A DNA stretch of 63,328 bases, counting the filler, from Reticulomyxa filosa (lineage: Eukaryota > Protista > Foraminifera), in assembly GCA_000512085.1 (NCBI GenBank). It is 16 parts of 16 records of this genome, joined end to end, with 100 filler letters (N's around TTAATTAATTAA, not from the genome) between each part and the next. Parts side by side here need not be neighbours in the genome. Positions count along the whole stretch, not along the records: positions 26,198 to 29,314 come from ASPP01000952.1; positions 29,415 to 36,947 come from ASPP01000312.1; positions 37,048 to 39,216 come from ASPP01024246.1; 13 more parts are not named here. One strand, given 5' to 3'. The notes below the pieces were generated by a model. That model made no database searches. It was not told where the DNA came from and was given only the letters and a program-made list of their open reading frames with translations. A program made the translations under genes and the position numbers. Positions 27,552 to 39,170 of the stretch are shown here, one piece after another; the stretch's first letter is position 1; every line of letters begins with the position of its first letter.

Positions 27552-27755
27552 GAGGTAGCACCAAGTGTAATAAGAAAGTAATTACTGAAAGGTGTTGTCA
27601 AAAAGCAAACAAAAGTAGTTAATAACCAAGATAAACAACGCACTGACAAGAAAACAGAAAAGTGAAAGAAGAAAGACATTGAAGGTTGTTGAAGAAAAAA
27701 GGATTCCCTCGTTCATATGAAGCTTCTACTGTAATTAGTAGGGCATTGCACTACA
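27552..27755 (-). mobile_element. 5' LTR-like element (TGTAG...TATTACA, 190 bp) with candidate primer-binding site
   Basis: Minus strand TGTAG at 27755 to TATTACA at 27566, followed 2 nt later by TGGTGCTACC, the position expected for a tRNA PBS. Pyrimidine-rich 3' half as in the other copies. Confidence 0.5.
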
Positions 27756-28390
27756 GTCTTCCTAAGCATATTTGTAGCTTCATATCTCATTGTTTATGCA
27801 AGTGGTTAACACAATATACAAATTTTTGTAAATAATTTGACTATTTCAAACTTTTTAGTCGCCGACAATTTATCTTTATGTTGCATTTATTTCCTTTTTA
27901 TGTTATACAGTTATTGTGCTTTCAATGTTCTGTATCTTGCAATTGTCAGATTCTTTTGTAAATATTGTGTTGTATTTGCACGTACTTGATTATCATGACA
28001 ATCTGTTTTTAAGTTTAACGTTTAGTTAACATTTTTTTGAAAGTAAATAATAACTTATTTAACTGCTTTGTTACTACATGGTTACGCGTTCCTTAGAATT
28101 TTGACGAATTTGCTTGCTCAAAAAACGAAGACGAAAAACAAATTTTGAAATAAGACTGCCCTTTTTTTGGGCAGTGCTTCGTGAAAAATTTTTTGCAATA
28201 TTTCTATAAAGGACAACATATTTTGACGAGCCTAAACGTTTGTAGTTTGTAGTAAGAATTTTGTAATTTGGTGAAAAAATAATTTTCGCTTTGTTAAAAA
28301 AATTTGTCCCCTGTAATATTGATTTATTCATTATTAATTTGGTTGTTGTCTTTTTTTTTTTTGCGTCAACATTCACAATTTGGTTATATT

Positions 28391-28637
28391 ATGAGCATAA
28401 CTGTTGCGGATAATGAAAAAATTTTGGAAGAAAGTTTGCAGGAACCTCCAGCAAAGAAGAGAAGGTCCCGATTCGGACCAGAGACAACACAAGATAAGCC
28501 AAGCGAATCAAGTGGAATAAAAAGAGAAGAAATGCAACAAGTGATCTTGAATGAGCAAGAGATAAAAACGACGACAGCAAAAGAAAGTATGGGTATAAGT
28601 TGCGTAAATTTTTGTATGAAAGTGTGAAAAAGAAACA

Positions 28638-28668
<31 letters not shown>

Positions 28669-29260
28669 TAGCGAAACAACAAGCAGCATTGGCAATTGCA
28701 TTAAAACTAACGAATACATTAGGAAGCAGTAATATGTCGACATCCAATGACAACAATTCATTGGATATGTATGTGGATCAATCTGTAAATACAGCGTACT
28801 CATACAATGACGAGTCTCCCCCTTCCACGTCCTCTGCATCAGTGATTGCTGGGCATTCTTCCTTGCCATTTTCATTGATGTCATCATCGTCGTCATCATC
28901 ATCATCGTCGTCGTCGTCGTCGTCGTCGTCGTCATTGTCATCGTCATCATCTTCATTATCGACAGGAATGCCAGGGACAATAGGACTAAAAAGACCCTCT
29001 TCACTGATATCGGGAACATCGAGCAATGGAATTGGAACAATGAATTCGCCCAATTATAACTTCAACAGCGACGTATCCCATTCGCTCGGAAGGTACGAAG
29101 AGCGAATCATGATACCGCAAGAGGATTACCTGCACGTCAATTTCATCGGCCTCATCCTGGGGCCCAAAGGGATCCACCAAAAGCGAATGCAAAGTGAAAC
29201 TGGCTGTCGCATTTTATTAAAAGGGAAAGGGGCATCGAAGAGAAGTGACTCACCAGTGTG
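28391..29260 (+). CDS. SF1/BBP-like KH-domain RNA-binding protein, 5' part
   Basis: ERIMIPQEDYLHVNFIGLILGPKGIHQKRMQSETGCRILLKGKG is a STAR/SF1-type KH domain. N-terminal KKRRSRF, poly-Ser tract, intron at about 28587-28671. Truncated. Confidence 0.75.
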
Positions 29261-29414
29261 TGTATTTTTTTTTTTTAATTGTTAACTTCAAAAAAAAAAA
29301 AAAAGGGGGGGGGGNNNNNNNNNNNNNNNNNNNNNNNNNNNNNNNNNNNNNNNNNNNNTTAATTAATTAANNNNNNNNNNNNNNNNNNNNNNNNNNNNNN
29401 NNNNNNNNNNNNNN

Positions 29415-29495
29415 TTTCGGTTCCAACGTTGGAACCGAAAGGGTTTGAATTCCCGGTTTTTAAAAACCCGGAATTCAAACCCTTTCGGTTCCAAC
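29415..29495. other. 454 GS FLX paired-end linker/hairpin adaptor remnant (artefact)
   Basis: Halves GTTGGAACCGAAAGGGTTTGAATTC and GAATTCAAACCCTTTCGGTTCCAAC match the palindromic FLX linker, with a short insert between the EcoRI sites. Lies at a contig end. Confidence 0.92.
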
Positions 29496-30299
29496 AACAC
29501 TAATACCTGGAATGCTGGTTTCCCATAACGTCAGTCAATTTACGCGAACTTTTGATGAATGGAATGCATCACAGCAAAAGAGATATTCCGTGTCAGAAAA
29601 TGTCAACAAGTAAGTTTGTTTATCTTTACATTATACACTTTATTTTCATTAAACAAATACCCAAAGGGAGAAAACCGAGCAAAAGATTGAAACGCCTGCC
29701 AATGAAGAAATCAAATCAGTTTAAGAAAACAAAAACACACAGACCAAAATTATTTCGTTTGTTTGATTGGGGAAAAAAAGGAGTCCACGTCACCCGAAGA
29801 GGAGGTAAATGGATACCAAAAAACCAAAGAAGATAATCCTTTCAAAGAACCTGCAACTTTAAATGAGACGACAATCTTCTCAGAAAATGCAATGAACGAG
29901 AACAATGTTGGCATTGCCATTCCTGAAAAGTCACTAAATAGCGACTGATCACTCTTTATAGCTCTTTGATTATTTCATTTATGCTTTTTTTACAAGTATT
30001 ATATCAGTACGTGCCATTACAATTAAAATTTGAATTTAGAAAAAGTATTGAAGTAAAACTCTCAATGCATAGTTGATAATATAAAAAAGTTGTGCGCAAT
30101 ATTCAATCCGAGTGCACAACTTGACGTTGAATTGTCATTTTGAGCAAACACAACTTTATATTTTCTGTTTTTGCTATTAACGAAGAAAGCAATTTAAAGA
30201 GTCCAAATTTCGTCATTGTATGAGCTGTCAAAAAAAAATCGCTGATCGTTCAAAAGAACATCAATTGTGGTTGCTGTCTTTTGTGTCAATTTTCCTTTG

Positions 30300-31047
30300 T
30301 TAAAATAATTGGCCAATGTATTCCGCACGTGGATACTTTTTTGTCAATTGCGGCCAAAGAACAATGAAACGATTAACAAAGAGATATAATATTTTTCCTG
30401 TCAGTGACAACTTTTCCACTCGACAAAACGACTCAATGAAAACAATTTTGAGATATCGATGCACAAACAATACCCGCAACAAAAAACCGGCAAAAGCCAC
30501 AGGGACACACGTCCCCGGCCCATTACACAAAATTAGGTCTGGACGTACGCGAAATACCAATAATAATGACTCAACGCACGAATAAACTGTCATTTATTTA
30601 TATTGTAATTTTATAACGTTGTTCAAGAAAAGTAATAAACAAATATTGCTTTGAAATTTTGTTGTTTAGTTCATGTAAATATTGTTTATAACAAGTGGTG
30701 AATATTGTGGTAATCCAGGACTGATGTACTTCTCTGCTTCTATAAATCGTGTGTTGTATAATATTCATATCATTATTACATTTAATCTCATTGCGTACTG
30801 CTCTGCTTAGGCTGTTCAAATCACTCGATGCACATACAAAATGTAAAGGTTTATATTTTTGTCGGTCTAGTTCTTTTATGGACATCAACATTTCTGCTGT
30901 ATGTCCACCTGATCCTAACACTATCATTACACGAACAGTGTCAAACATTTTTGAGGAATAGGGTTGTTGCGGGTATTTTGCACAATATACAACCCGGAGA
31001 AGGAATGCTAATAAAAATAGCAATAAAACCGCAAATATTAGCCCCAT
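30300..31047 (-). CDS. ALG14: UDP-N-acetylglucosamine transferase subunit ALG14 (2 exons)
   Basis: N-terminal TM segment, VLGSGGHTAEM, RSREVHQSW, RPDLILCNGPGTCVP, FIESFCRVEKLSLTGKILY, WPQL...YPRAEYIG. Confidence 0.95.
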
Positions 31048-31301
31048 TGATGTATAATAATTATGTTAAAAAATAAGTTCCCAGACTGGCGTGTGATTGT
31101 ATAAGTGCAGTTTTCGTGGCCCTTTTCTTTGGTAATCAAACAACAAAATTACATTTTGCAATTTGAAACAAATTTGATGTACAATTGTTGTTTGACTTGT
31201 GGCGCGAGTAAAACCCTCCCTTTCTTAGAACTTATTTTGCGTCAAAGGACTTTTGAGTTTGCAAAGCCCGTTAAATAGGACTAATTTTAATAAGGCTTAA
31301 G

Positions 31302-33501
31302 ATGTCCTTAGTTTCTCAATTTGATGACGTTTTAACATTGTTGCGATCATCAGTTCATTCCAGTGGTGTGGCATCTAAGCCTAAAGAGACACACGTACTT
31401 GTTACACGTTTTCTTTTTCATAATATAATGATAGTGTTCTTATCATTCAAGCTCAAGCTTTTTCTATTAAACAAAAAGTGCTGCAACTTGTCTTGTACAA
31501 CCTTCACACAAAGAAAGAAAAAGTAACAAAGAAAGTAGTCGAAGAAAAAAAAGAAGCAGAAAAGCAAGAAGATGATGAGTATGTTTGCGAAGATGAGGAA
31601 ACATCCATTCGTTTGAAAACACCTAGAGGAACTCGAGACTACAATCCTCACGAGCAAGGGCTACGCAATGAAATGATGGCAATTATAAAACGTAATTTTG
31701 ACAACAGCGGTGGACAATACTTGGAAACACCAGTGATAGAGTTGAGGGATATACTAATGAATAAATACGGCGAAGACGAGAAGTTGATCTATGAGCTTCA
31801 ATTGCAAGATGGTGCCGAAGAGCTGTGTTTGCGATACGATTTGACTGTGCCATTGTCTCGCTACGTTGCAATGAATCGTAAAAAAATCAAATCGCCCTTC
31901 AAAGCTGCTAGAATGGGTAGATTTATATACAAAATAAACCACATCTCTATGACGTGTGCATAATCGAATTGCTTTTTTTGTAATAAATAGGTCGAGTATA
32001 TCGACGAGACCAACCAAGAATGACCAAAGGCCGTTTACGTGAGTTTTGGCAATGCGATTACGACATCGTTCGAACTGCAATGCCAAGTCATATGAGAGAC
32101 TTAGTGTTTGACGATATGGAAGTAATCGCATTAATCTGCCAAACTTTGATGGATCTCGGTGTTGAAGACTTTGTCATTAAATTGAATAATCGAAAAATAT
32201 TGGACGTTGTATTAGACGTTGAGGAAGAAAAAAAAAAATTTTAGAAATTTCTGAAGAATTTTCCTTTTTGAAAAGAGATTGTAAAAAATATGAACTCAAC
32301 ACGATAGATCTGTGGCGTAAAAAATGAACAAGTTCGTGCAATTTCGTCGGCGATTGATAAATTAGACAAACGTGAGTGGAATCAAGTGAAGGAAGAGATG
32401 ATAGAAAAAGGCATAACAGCAGAATGTGCAGAAACAATTTACGCTTTTGTTCAAATCAAAGGAAAGCCGCATGAAGTATTAGAACAATTGAAAAAAAACA
32501 AAGACTTGCAAGCATATAATAAGATCCCTGGGATTGTATCTGCTGCAATTGAAGAATTTGAATTATTAATGGAATTGTTACAAGCTTATCACGGTAATAT
32601 TTACCTTGATAAAGTGTGTATTGATATGTCAATGGTTCGAGGATTAGACTATTACACAGGAATCATTTTGGAAGCCGTGTTCACCGATCCACGCTTAGCC
32701 GAGGATATCGGAAGCATTTCTGCAGGCGGAAGATATGATAAATTGATTCAAGGATTTGTTCCTTCGCAAGAATTTCCTTGCGTTGGTGCGTCCATTGGAT
32801 TTGAAAGAATTTTTAGTTATTTGTTGGAAAAACATCCAGGCAGATCGAGCACTAGCACTGATATTTTAGTTTGTGAAGTGTCAGGCAAAAGTATGTGTCC
32901 ATTTGTGCGTGTCGAATAATCACTTTTGCTTTTGTCAAAAAGACATTTACAAACATAATTCAAACAACAAGATGAAAGTGTCAAAGACATTTTGTATATT
33001 GAACGCTTGAAGTTGCTGGAAGAATTGAAATTGCGAAATGGTTTCAGTTGCGAAATAATGAACAAATTCAAACCTTCCTTTCGAGACCAAATCAATTACG
33101 CCGAAGATAGAGAAATTAAATGGCTTGTCATTATTGGAGAAGAAGAGTTGGCCAACAACACTGTCAATTTAAGAAGATTAACCTTGGTTGGCGATAGAGT
33201 CATTATTAAATCAAAAGATAAAAAAACCAATGGCCAAAAAGGTGTTATCATCGCTGTTGAACAACCGGAAGACAATGATAAAGCTTTCTTTTTTTATATT
33301 AAGCCAGATGATCCTGCTTTACAAAAAATATCTCAATCAAAAGATAAACCCAATGGTTGGAAACTTACAAAAAAAGAAATTGGACAAGTTATTGAGCAAA
33401 ACAAAGAAGAAACCATTAGTGAATTACAAATTACAGGGCTGAAAAGAAGTGAATTAATTGCTTTTTTAAAGGCAAGATTGCCAAATAGTCTCACCCAATA
33501 A
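31302..33501 (+). CDS. HARS: Histidyl-tRNA synthetase (5 exons)
   Basis: LKTPRGTRDY, LCLRYDLTVPLSRY, GRVYRRDQP..TKGRLREFWQCDYDI, RGLDYYTG, GSISAGGRYDKL, VGASIGFERI, IIGEEEL. Divergent from ALG14 across 254 bp. Confidence 0.96.
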
Positions 33502-34901
33502 TTTTTTGGTAAAATTTATTTTACTTTGAATTAATCTTTTTTTAAGGAAAGATCAATTTAAGTCGTTTCCTTTCGCTATTCTTCACAAACTGAGACATTA
33601 TCTCTCGATTGAATACTTGTACTTTTTTTATTGTTAACCAAACTTTGTTTTGTGGAGAAAATAACTTCTTTCGAAATGTTATTCAACAGCCCTAGTATTG
33701 TCTGTGGACAAGATTTTCTATAAGAACAAATGTTAATACTTAAAGCATTTTAACATTTCTGCTTTTTTTTGAGATAACTATTTTCCAAACATTTTTTTAG
33801 AATCTTTGGAATATATTCTTTCCAATGATAAGTATTTTCATAAATATCTTTACAACATTGTTCAATAAGTAAGTGATCATAAGAATGAATTTTTTTCGTA
33901 AATGATCTTGAAATGTTAATCTATATTTAAAATAATATAATTTTTGGTATTTTTTAAACAGCTGTGATATTTTACAATTTTAAACAGTTGTGATATTTAT
34001 TTTGGAATTTTTTTGGTTTGATAGTGAGATTGGACAACAAGATTGATATTTTATTTTTTTATTTCGTCAGATTGATCTTTATTTTGACTACTATTTCTAT
34101 TTTTATTTTTCTTGATTCGGAACTGTTGGATTTGGGATCACTTTCACTTCAAGATAGTTTCACTCCAATTGAATCAAATGATATAATATTAAATTACTTG
34201 CATGATGTCCTTTCATAACATATATTTCTGGAATCTTGAATTTCTTTTATGATGACAATTTTTTGATGTGGTTTCTTTTTTCACAATACTTGCATATTTT
34301 TGAAGCATTGCAATCTTTTGCAAAATGATTCAACTTGGATCACTTTCTGCATTGGGCGAGATGTGATTGTCAATACTATATTTTGCTTCATTACATACAA
34401 TAGTGTCTTTTCATGAGTGCTATTTGAACATAATATGCCTTTGCAATCAATTGCTATTTTGAATTGTTCTGCAAACAACGTTCTAATGATTGCAAAACAT
34501 GTGATTTCAATTTCTTTATAAAAGTTTCTTTTATGGACTTTGAAGTTTTTATTGCATCATCTGGCTTTGTTCTTTTCATTAGCAACCAAAAGCCAAAAGC
34601 AGACACTACAGGGAAGGGACAGTGTCTAAAATACACTAATAAACGGCTTGCTTCTTTCTTTTACCTGAGCGTGCCTTACTTTGGGGAGTTTATGCCGAAG
34701 AACAGACCAAAATAAACTGCAACAAATAAGTTGCCAAAAAAATCAAAGAGATAAGACACAAAATTTTTTTTAGATAAAATTCCAAAAACGAAAATGGAAA
34801 AAAACATCGTAACCAAACAGTACTAAAATTACAATGCCTTACAAAGCATTAAATCCACTAAAGAGACAACAAAGCCAAAAACTTTTTTTTTAGGTGTCAA
34901 G

Positions 34902-35050
34902 TGTTGCTATAGTATCATTAAATTGCAATTCTTTTTGCAATCTCTACTTACAAACTCAGATCTTTCTAGTTAAAAGAGCAAATCGTTCTAAGAAATAGAA
35001 CACAATATCCAAAAAAAGAAAAGAAACACAAAACCTTACAACGACCAAAA
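34902..35050 (+). repeat. Dispersed repeat starting TGTTG (copy 2)
   Basis: Homologous by eye to 19444-19616. Confidence 0.75.
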
Positions 35051-37084
35051 GGTCCATGCAAAAATAATCAAATCTCAATTTAAATTGAAATAACTTGTTT
35101 TCTTTTATCTTGAAGAAACGCAATTATTCAAATTTTCATCTTGAACTTGGCTGCGTTCACGACTTTCGACATTCGATCACCAATGATGAATTGTTTCGAC
35201 AGGGACAATACATTAATGTCTGGAAGAAATTCTTGGACATTTGCCCACTAACTGGACGCAATTCTTGATATATCAAATATTCAATTATGAAATGCTATAC
35301 AATATATTCTTCACCAAACACAATCAGGAAAATCTGATCTTTGGTATAAAATAATCATTCAATCTAAATTTGCATGTAATCAATCGACAAATGATCTCGC
35401 GTTCACTAAATGTCAACGAATGCATGTTAGACAGTCAATTCACAAATCCAATGTCTATGGGAAAAAGACGATTATTCAGAAATGCCACTGATCTATGCTG
35501 TTAAAAATCAAATCTAGCTGTAATTGCTGAACTTATTGCAACAAGATCCACTTATCATTTCAGGATACCAGAATGGACTTTTAATCCAATATATCTGGAA
35601 CATTATGTATTGTTAAAAGATCTTGATATTATTTAATGCAATTTATAGATGCAGAATCCCATTTATTAAATATCGCATTGATCACAAACTTGCAATTTAT
35701 TATTTTTTTTTTAGCTGATGAAGAATGTTGTAATATTGAAATTCCAAAAACAAAAAAGAAAAAACATTACTTCACTAACAAGGAATCAACGTAGATTTTG
35801 ATTCCCTAAAGAAACCATTAGCTCAAAATTCTAAGAAAATACATCGTGGAGTTTGTTCCAGCTGGCTGTATTCGCAAAAACTTTAAAATGTGAATATTTC
35901 AATTCAAAACAAACTAATTAAATAAAAACAATCAAATTACTTTGGTCAATTGATACTATTTGGTCTTTGCAAGTCATAAGGACTAATTCATACAGACCTT
36001 AGAACTCTTGAAGTTTGCCAGGTTCTGTGTCGCGTTTTCCATGTTCCAGGGGTTGCCAGTGGTTGTAGCAAAACATAAAAATGTTTTTGATGTCTTGGGT
36101 CTGCCGCGGGAAAGCCTTCGGCCTCCGCGCAATGTCCGTTTTTTCGGGTTTGTATTTTTTTGCTGGACTTTTTTCACGCAAATGATCTTGACTTTTAATT
36201 ATTGACTTTTGCAATGCCCTTTCCTAGAGCATTGGCTGTTTTTTTTCACTACTTTTGGCTTTTGGTTATCAATGATGATAAAGGGAACCATAATGTGATA
36301 TGTAATGATTACTCACATATTCCAATGCAAGCAATATTTGTCAGTGATGAACTTGATTGGATATTCCAACTCTAGCAATTGTGGTCTTGAATGATAAATT
36401 ATGTAACTATATTTCAAGATTTGGGAATGTGCATCAATCACAAAATGATGTTGGCTCATTGAAGATCATAAATAACGATTTATTGAATGATATTTGATCA
36501 GTTGGCTTCATCGAAATGATCTACATAGACATGACATCAAAATCCAAATCTTTATGACAATATGAACATAAGATATCAAAGTTTCCTCGTAATTGATATG
36601 CTTGGGACAATACAAGATGCACTGGGTCTTATATTCGACCAAATAGATACTTCATCTAGACTTTGCTGCAATAATTACAATATCTCATTGAAATCACTGT
36701 ATCAATATATATTTTTTTCCAAAAAAACGAAAAAGGAAAGGGAAAAAACATTGCAACCAAGCACCTCATTCACAACTATTTGTTTCTTCTTTGAGCTGGA
36801 GGCTTCCTCGAGCTCTGCACTCGGATGCCTTCGGCCTATGCTCAAAGTTTGCTTTCGGACTCTGCTTGGAGTTTCATTTTGGTGGATGGTAAATGTTTTT
36901 GCAATGTCGCCATGGGAGATGTATTTTGGACATTTTGTCCATTCCCTNNNNNNNNNNNNNNNNNNNNNNNNNNNNNNNNNNNNNNNNNNNNTTAATTAAT
37001 TAANNNNNNNNNNNNNNNNNNNNNNNNNNNNNNNNNNNNNNNNNNNNTTTTTTTCAAATTTGACAAAAAAACTTGCTAACATTT

Positions 37085-37551
37085 TTTGAACCGTGAATTC
37101 GAACAATTATTAACACAGGCACATTGGACAATTGTCTTTCCAGCATTTTCAAATTTGCAGGGTTTTTGCAACGCCTTATTGCTTGTTCTTGATGCTTGGA
37201 TCGCTATAGTGGATTGTTATTATTATTATTATTATGTTGTCATATGTGTTGTGTGTATTTTTTTTTGGTTACCGATTGGCCCTTTCTTATGAATGATTCC
37301 AACGGCCTAAAATAAAAGCTGGAACCTTTTGGTCTAAAAATCTTGACTGGCAGCCCCTTCTTTTCGTCCTTCTCGCTTCGGGTTAGCTTGCGCTTTCTTG
37401 CGGTTTGTCTCAGAAGCTTTAGTACCTCGCCTTTCGATCGGTTTTTCCCCAACACCGTCCGGGTTTCGGTTTTTCGTGGAATGGGCTCGGTCGTCAGAGA
37501 TGCATCTTTCGTTATCACTGGTCGAGTTTTTGGCGCTGATACTGAAGGCAT
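37085..37551 (-). CDS. RLP7: Ribosome biogenesis protein Rlp7/RPL7L1 (uL30-like), 5' part
   Basis: Basic N-terminus and spliced FRPLESFIRKGQS/RSKHQEQAIRR...VPVLIIVRIHG, resembling the RPL7L1 F.RLESF...LAFVVRI pattern. Truncated by the contig end. Confidence 0.65.
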
Positions 37552-38341
37552 TGTCTTCTAAATACAATTTATTACACAGATTATTGACGCAATATTTAGT
37601 CAGACACAAAAAGTTCACAGCGTGTCCTTTCGAAACGTTGTATCTCGACGTCAACCTTTTTTTCTGTGAAAGTTTCCAGACTTCAGTTACTTTTTCAATT
37701 TTATTAAAAAAAACTTTATGTTGTTGAAAGGAACTAAATTTTTAAAAAAAAACGGCAGTATTAAAAAAAAACTTAATAATAAAATATACTTTGTTTTTTC
37801 TGTTGACTGTGTCTTTTGTGCGGTGGCCGTATTGTCCACTTTTTGTTGTGGGACCGCGTCTACGAGGTGTAACGACTCCAGTTGTACGTAGTTGTAAATT
37901 TGTTTAATTCACAATATTAAACTTTTACACCACTTTCTTTTTCACAAAAAATTTTTCTTAATAAAAGTGCTAAACATTGCTTATAAAAGTAATTTTCCCA
38001 ATTCCTTTTTTTATTCAAAATATTTAGTTTATCATGATCTTCGCTTATGATCCATTTGTTTATATTTTGACTTGTGATGCTTTTTGATGAATTAGATTTT
38101 TGTGTAAAATTATTTTTGACTATTATGTTTTATTTGTGTCTTTTATTTTCTTGGTCGGCTATTCACTACTTGTCTCCAAGGCAAGCATTAGACCTCAAAA
38201 AAAAAAAGTGTCCAAATATCCAACTGTTTTAAAAAAAGAGCAGTAAACAATGTTCGTGCAAGACAAACACGAGTGAGCCGAGAAGGAAAAAAAAAAGGAA
38301 AGAGAAAAAGGAAACCCTTGATATTTTGGTGAAAAAACATA

Positions 38342-39170
38342 ATGGGCGCAGAAGAGTCAACCCAACAACAACAGGAACAATCTTCAAAGAAGGATTTGTC
38401 AACGGATGACATAAGTGATGTGGAAGTGAAGGAGCCGACAGCGGAGGACATGCAGAAGTGGTTCAACAGTAAGTTTGCAGTGAACGTGTCAGCGCAAGCA
38501 TTTGAGTTGAAGGAGCAGATAACGAAGATCCGACGTTACTTCCACCGCAACCCGGAGTTGTCGTACCAGGAGCAGAACACCTCCAAAGTGATAGCGCACT
38601 ACCTGCAGAAGATGAAATTGGACGCAGTGACAGAAGGAGTAGCAGGAACGGGAGTGGTGGGATTGTTGAAAGGCGACAATCCAGGACCATGCATCCTTTT
38701 GCGAGCGGATATGGATGCGTTGCCGGTCACCGAGCAAAATGACGTGGAGTTTAAGTCAGCGAAGGAAGGCGTGATGCACGCGTGTGGACATGACTGTCAC
38801 ATGGCGATCCTATTGGGAGCAGCGGAGATACTGTCGAAGTTGCGTGAACAAATCCACGGCAGTATCAAGTTTGTGTTCCAGCCGGCCGAAGAAGGAGGCG
38901 CCGGTGGCAAGAAAATGATCGAGGAAGGCGTGCTGGAAAACCCACACGTCGACCAAGTGTATGGCCTGCACGTGTGGAGCTATGCCAAGTTTGGTATTGT
39001 TCAATGTTGTCCGGGTCCACTCATGGCGGGCGCTGCCTTGTTTCGTATCCTCGTCAAAGGCGTTGGTGGACATGCTGCTGTGCCCAATGGCACCAAAGAT
39101 GCTGTCGTCGCCGTTGCACAGCTTGTCATCCAGTTGCACACCATTGTCCCTCGAAATGTCTCGCGTTTCG
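38342..39170 (+). CDS. M20D family amidohydrolase (N-acyl-amino acid/IAA-amino acid hydrolase-like), 3'-truncated
   Basis: RRYFHRNPELSYQE, TGVVG, LLRADMDALP, GVMHACGHDCH, FVFQPAEEG, GLHV, GVGGHAA.P. Confidence 0.93.

Noticed and set aside
28778-29053. Poly-Asp and poly-Thr ORFs on the minus strand
   Set aside because: Antisense shadows of the poly-Ser tract in the KH-protein exon.
29415-29495. Near-perfect 68-bp palindrome at a contig end, suggestive of a hairpin telomere, MITE or CRISPR-like repeat
   Set aside because: The arms match the 454 FLX paired-end linker around EcoRI sites, so it is a library artefact.
33600-36947. Several kb of protein-like but stop-ridden sequence (also 17800-18560, 26198-27400 and 40694-41710)
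   Set aside because: Probably decayed gene-family or transposon copies, but no domain could be recognised by eye. TBLASTX or HMM searches are needed.
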